A DNA stretch of 64,000 nt from Ostrea edulis (taxonomy: Eukaryota). This document shows, piece by piece, positions 63,102 through 64,000 of this stretch. The notes beneath the pieces were generated by a model. It saw only the letters and a program-made list of their open reading frames with translations. It searched no databases and was not told where the DNA came from. Position 1 is the first letter of the stretch. The number at the start of each line of letters is the position of its first letter. The stretch spans positions 82,336,001 through 82,400,000 of the forward strand of contig NC_079165.1 of the NCBI RefSeq assembly GCF_947568905.1. Reading direction: 5' to 3'. Made by a program: the position numbers and the translations under genes.

Positions 63102-63105
63102 ATAT
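63057..63105. repeat. (TA)n microsatellite
   Basis: Direct reading. Confidence 0.95.
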
Positions 63106-63166
63106 TGGGCTGTGCTGTATATTCTACTTTTCTCCAAACTGTTGCATTTTTTAATTGAATCCTTAA

Positions 63167-64000
63167 AGTAAAGTAAAGTAAATTTTATTTAAAGTCGGCA
63201 CTATATACATTCAAAATGTCAAACACAAGCTCTGTAGAGCTTTTTAACCGACTATCACATTCAAGTATATCAAGGACAAAGACACATAGCATGCATGTAC
63301 ACATATACACAGACATATCACAGTTTAACAAAAGAATACAAAATAAAAGAAAACTTTCATGCAAGAATATACAGATTACGAAAGCATAAGACTACGAGGA
63401 AGAAATAAAATACTACAAGCAAGAGTATATGTATAAAAACCATCATTAAATTTCAAGCCAATTAGCTATGTTTGTTGTTTCAAATAAAAGCTGTATAGTA
63501 TAAGAATTTTTGAAAATAATTTAAATATAATTAAAATAAATTATGGTAGTAAATTAATCATATAAATATTTAAAATTTCATTGCTGATGGAATTTACTAA
63601 AAAAAAAAAAATAATAATAAAAGTAAAAATAGAAAAGAAAGGTCTATTGAGCCATGAAGACACACACATAAACGCTGTATAGATAAAAAGAGCAGAAGCA
63701 ACATATAAAGCTATGTACAATGGACCTAAGATCTGCATGATTTACAATTACATGTGGGGCCAGACCAAGTGGAAATAAAACTTTTAAATTGATTTAAGGT
63801 GGTAAGATGCCTAGTTTCATTTGGCAAAGAGTTCCAGATCTTAGGAGCACTGTACCTAAAGGATTGCAACCCATTCCTGGTTGTTCTGACACTGGGTACA
63901 ATGGCAGTGTTTGTGTATCTTCAGTGCTTGAGCGCTGAATATTATGTATTATGCGCAATAGTACATTTAAATACAATGCATTAGAGAAAACAGCAATCAT
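63167..64000 (-). mobile_element. 3' end of a CR1/L2-group LINE (ORF2 C-terminus, 3' UTR, (TTTAC)n tail)
   Basis: Minus frame RYTNTAIVPSVRTTRNGLQSFRYSAPKIWNSLPNETRHLTTLNQFKSFISTWSGPTCNCKSCRS*, stop at 63726-63728; GTAAA repeats at 63167-63182. Confidence 0.85.

Overview
AT-rich eukaryotic (animal) DNA whose repeat families look like those of a bivalve mollusc, probably an oyster (inferred from the repeats, not verified). There is one convincing protein-coding gene: a single-exon CDS at 43981-46923 (+; 980 aa from the first ATG; the ORF track starts at an upstream GTG). It encodes a 4-finger C2H2 transcription factor whose finger array matches Klumpfuss (EGR/WT1-related). Splice signals and a by-eye drop in CpG suggest the transcription unit spans about 17.3-49.7 kb, with a long intron-rich non-coding leader and a long AU-rich 3' UTR. 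The rest is transposon debris and tandem repeats: decayed LINEs, Penelope-like pieces, a Tc1 transposase pseudogene, Meta-core and tRNA-derived SINEs, Helentron-type HINEs, several MITE/foldback families, and about a dozen satellites or minisatellites. I saw no rRNA, intact tRNA or CRISPR array, and the other ORF-track entries are TE fragments or chance ORFs. The best leads are (1) a SINE family whose Pol III head is replaced by a compact, ribozyme-like structured head, (2) a Tondu/VGLL-like motif plus CtBP, SUMO and calcineurin-type motifs in the Klu protein, (3) an upstream ORF overlapping the klu start codon, (4) a 61-bp array of E-box/ETS/GC-box motifs, and (5) a minisatellite born inside a Tc1 transposase ORF. 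All functional ideas are untested hypotheses read by eye.
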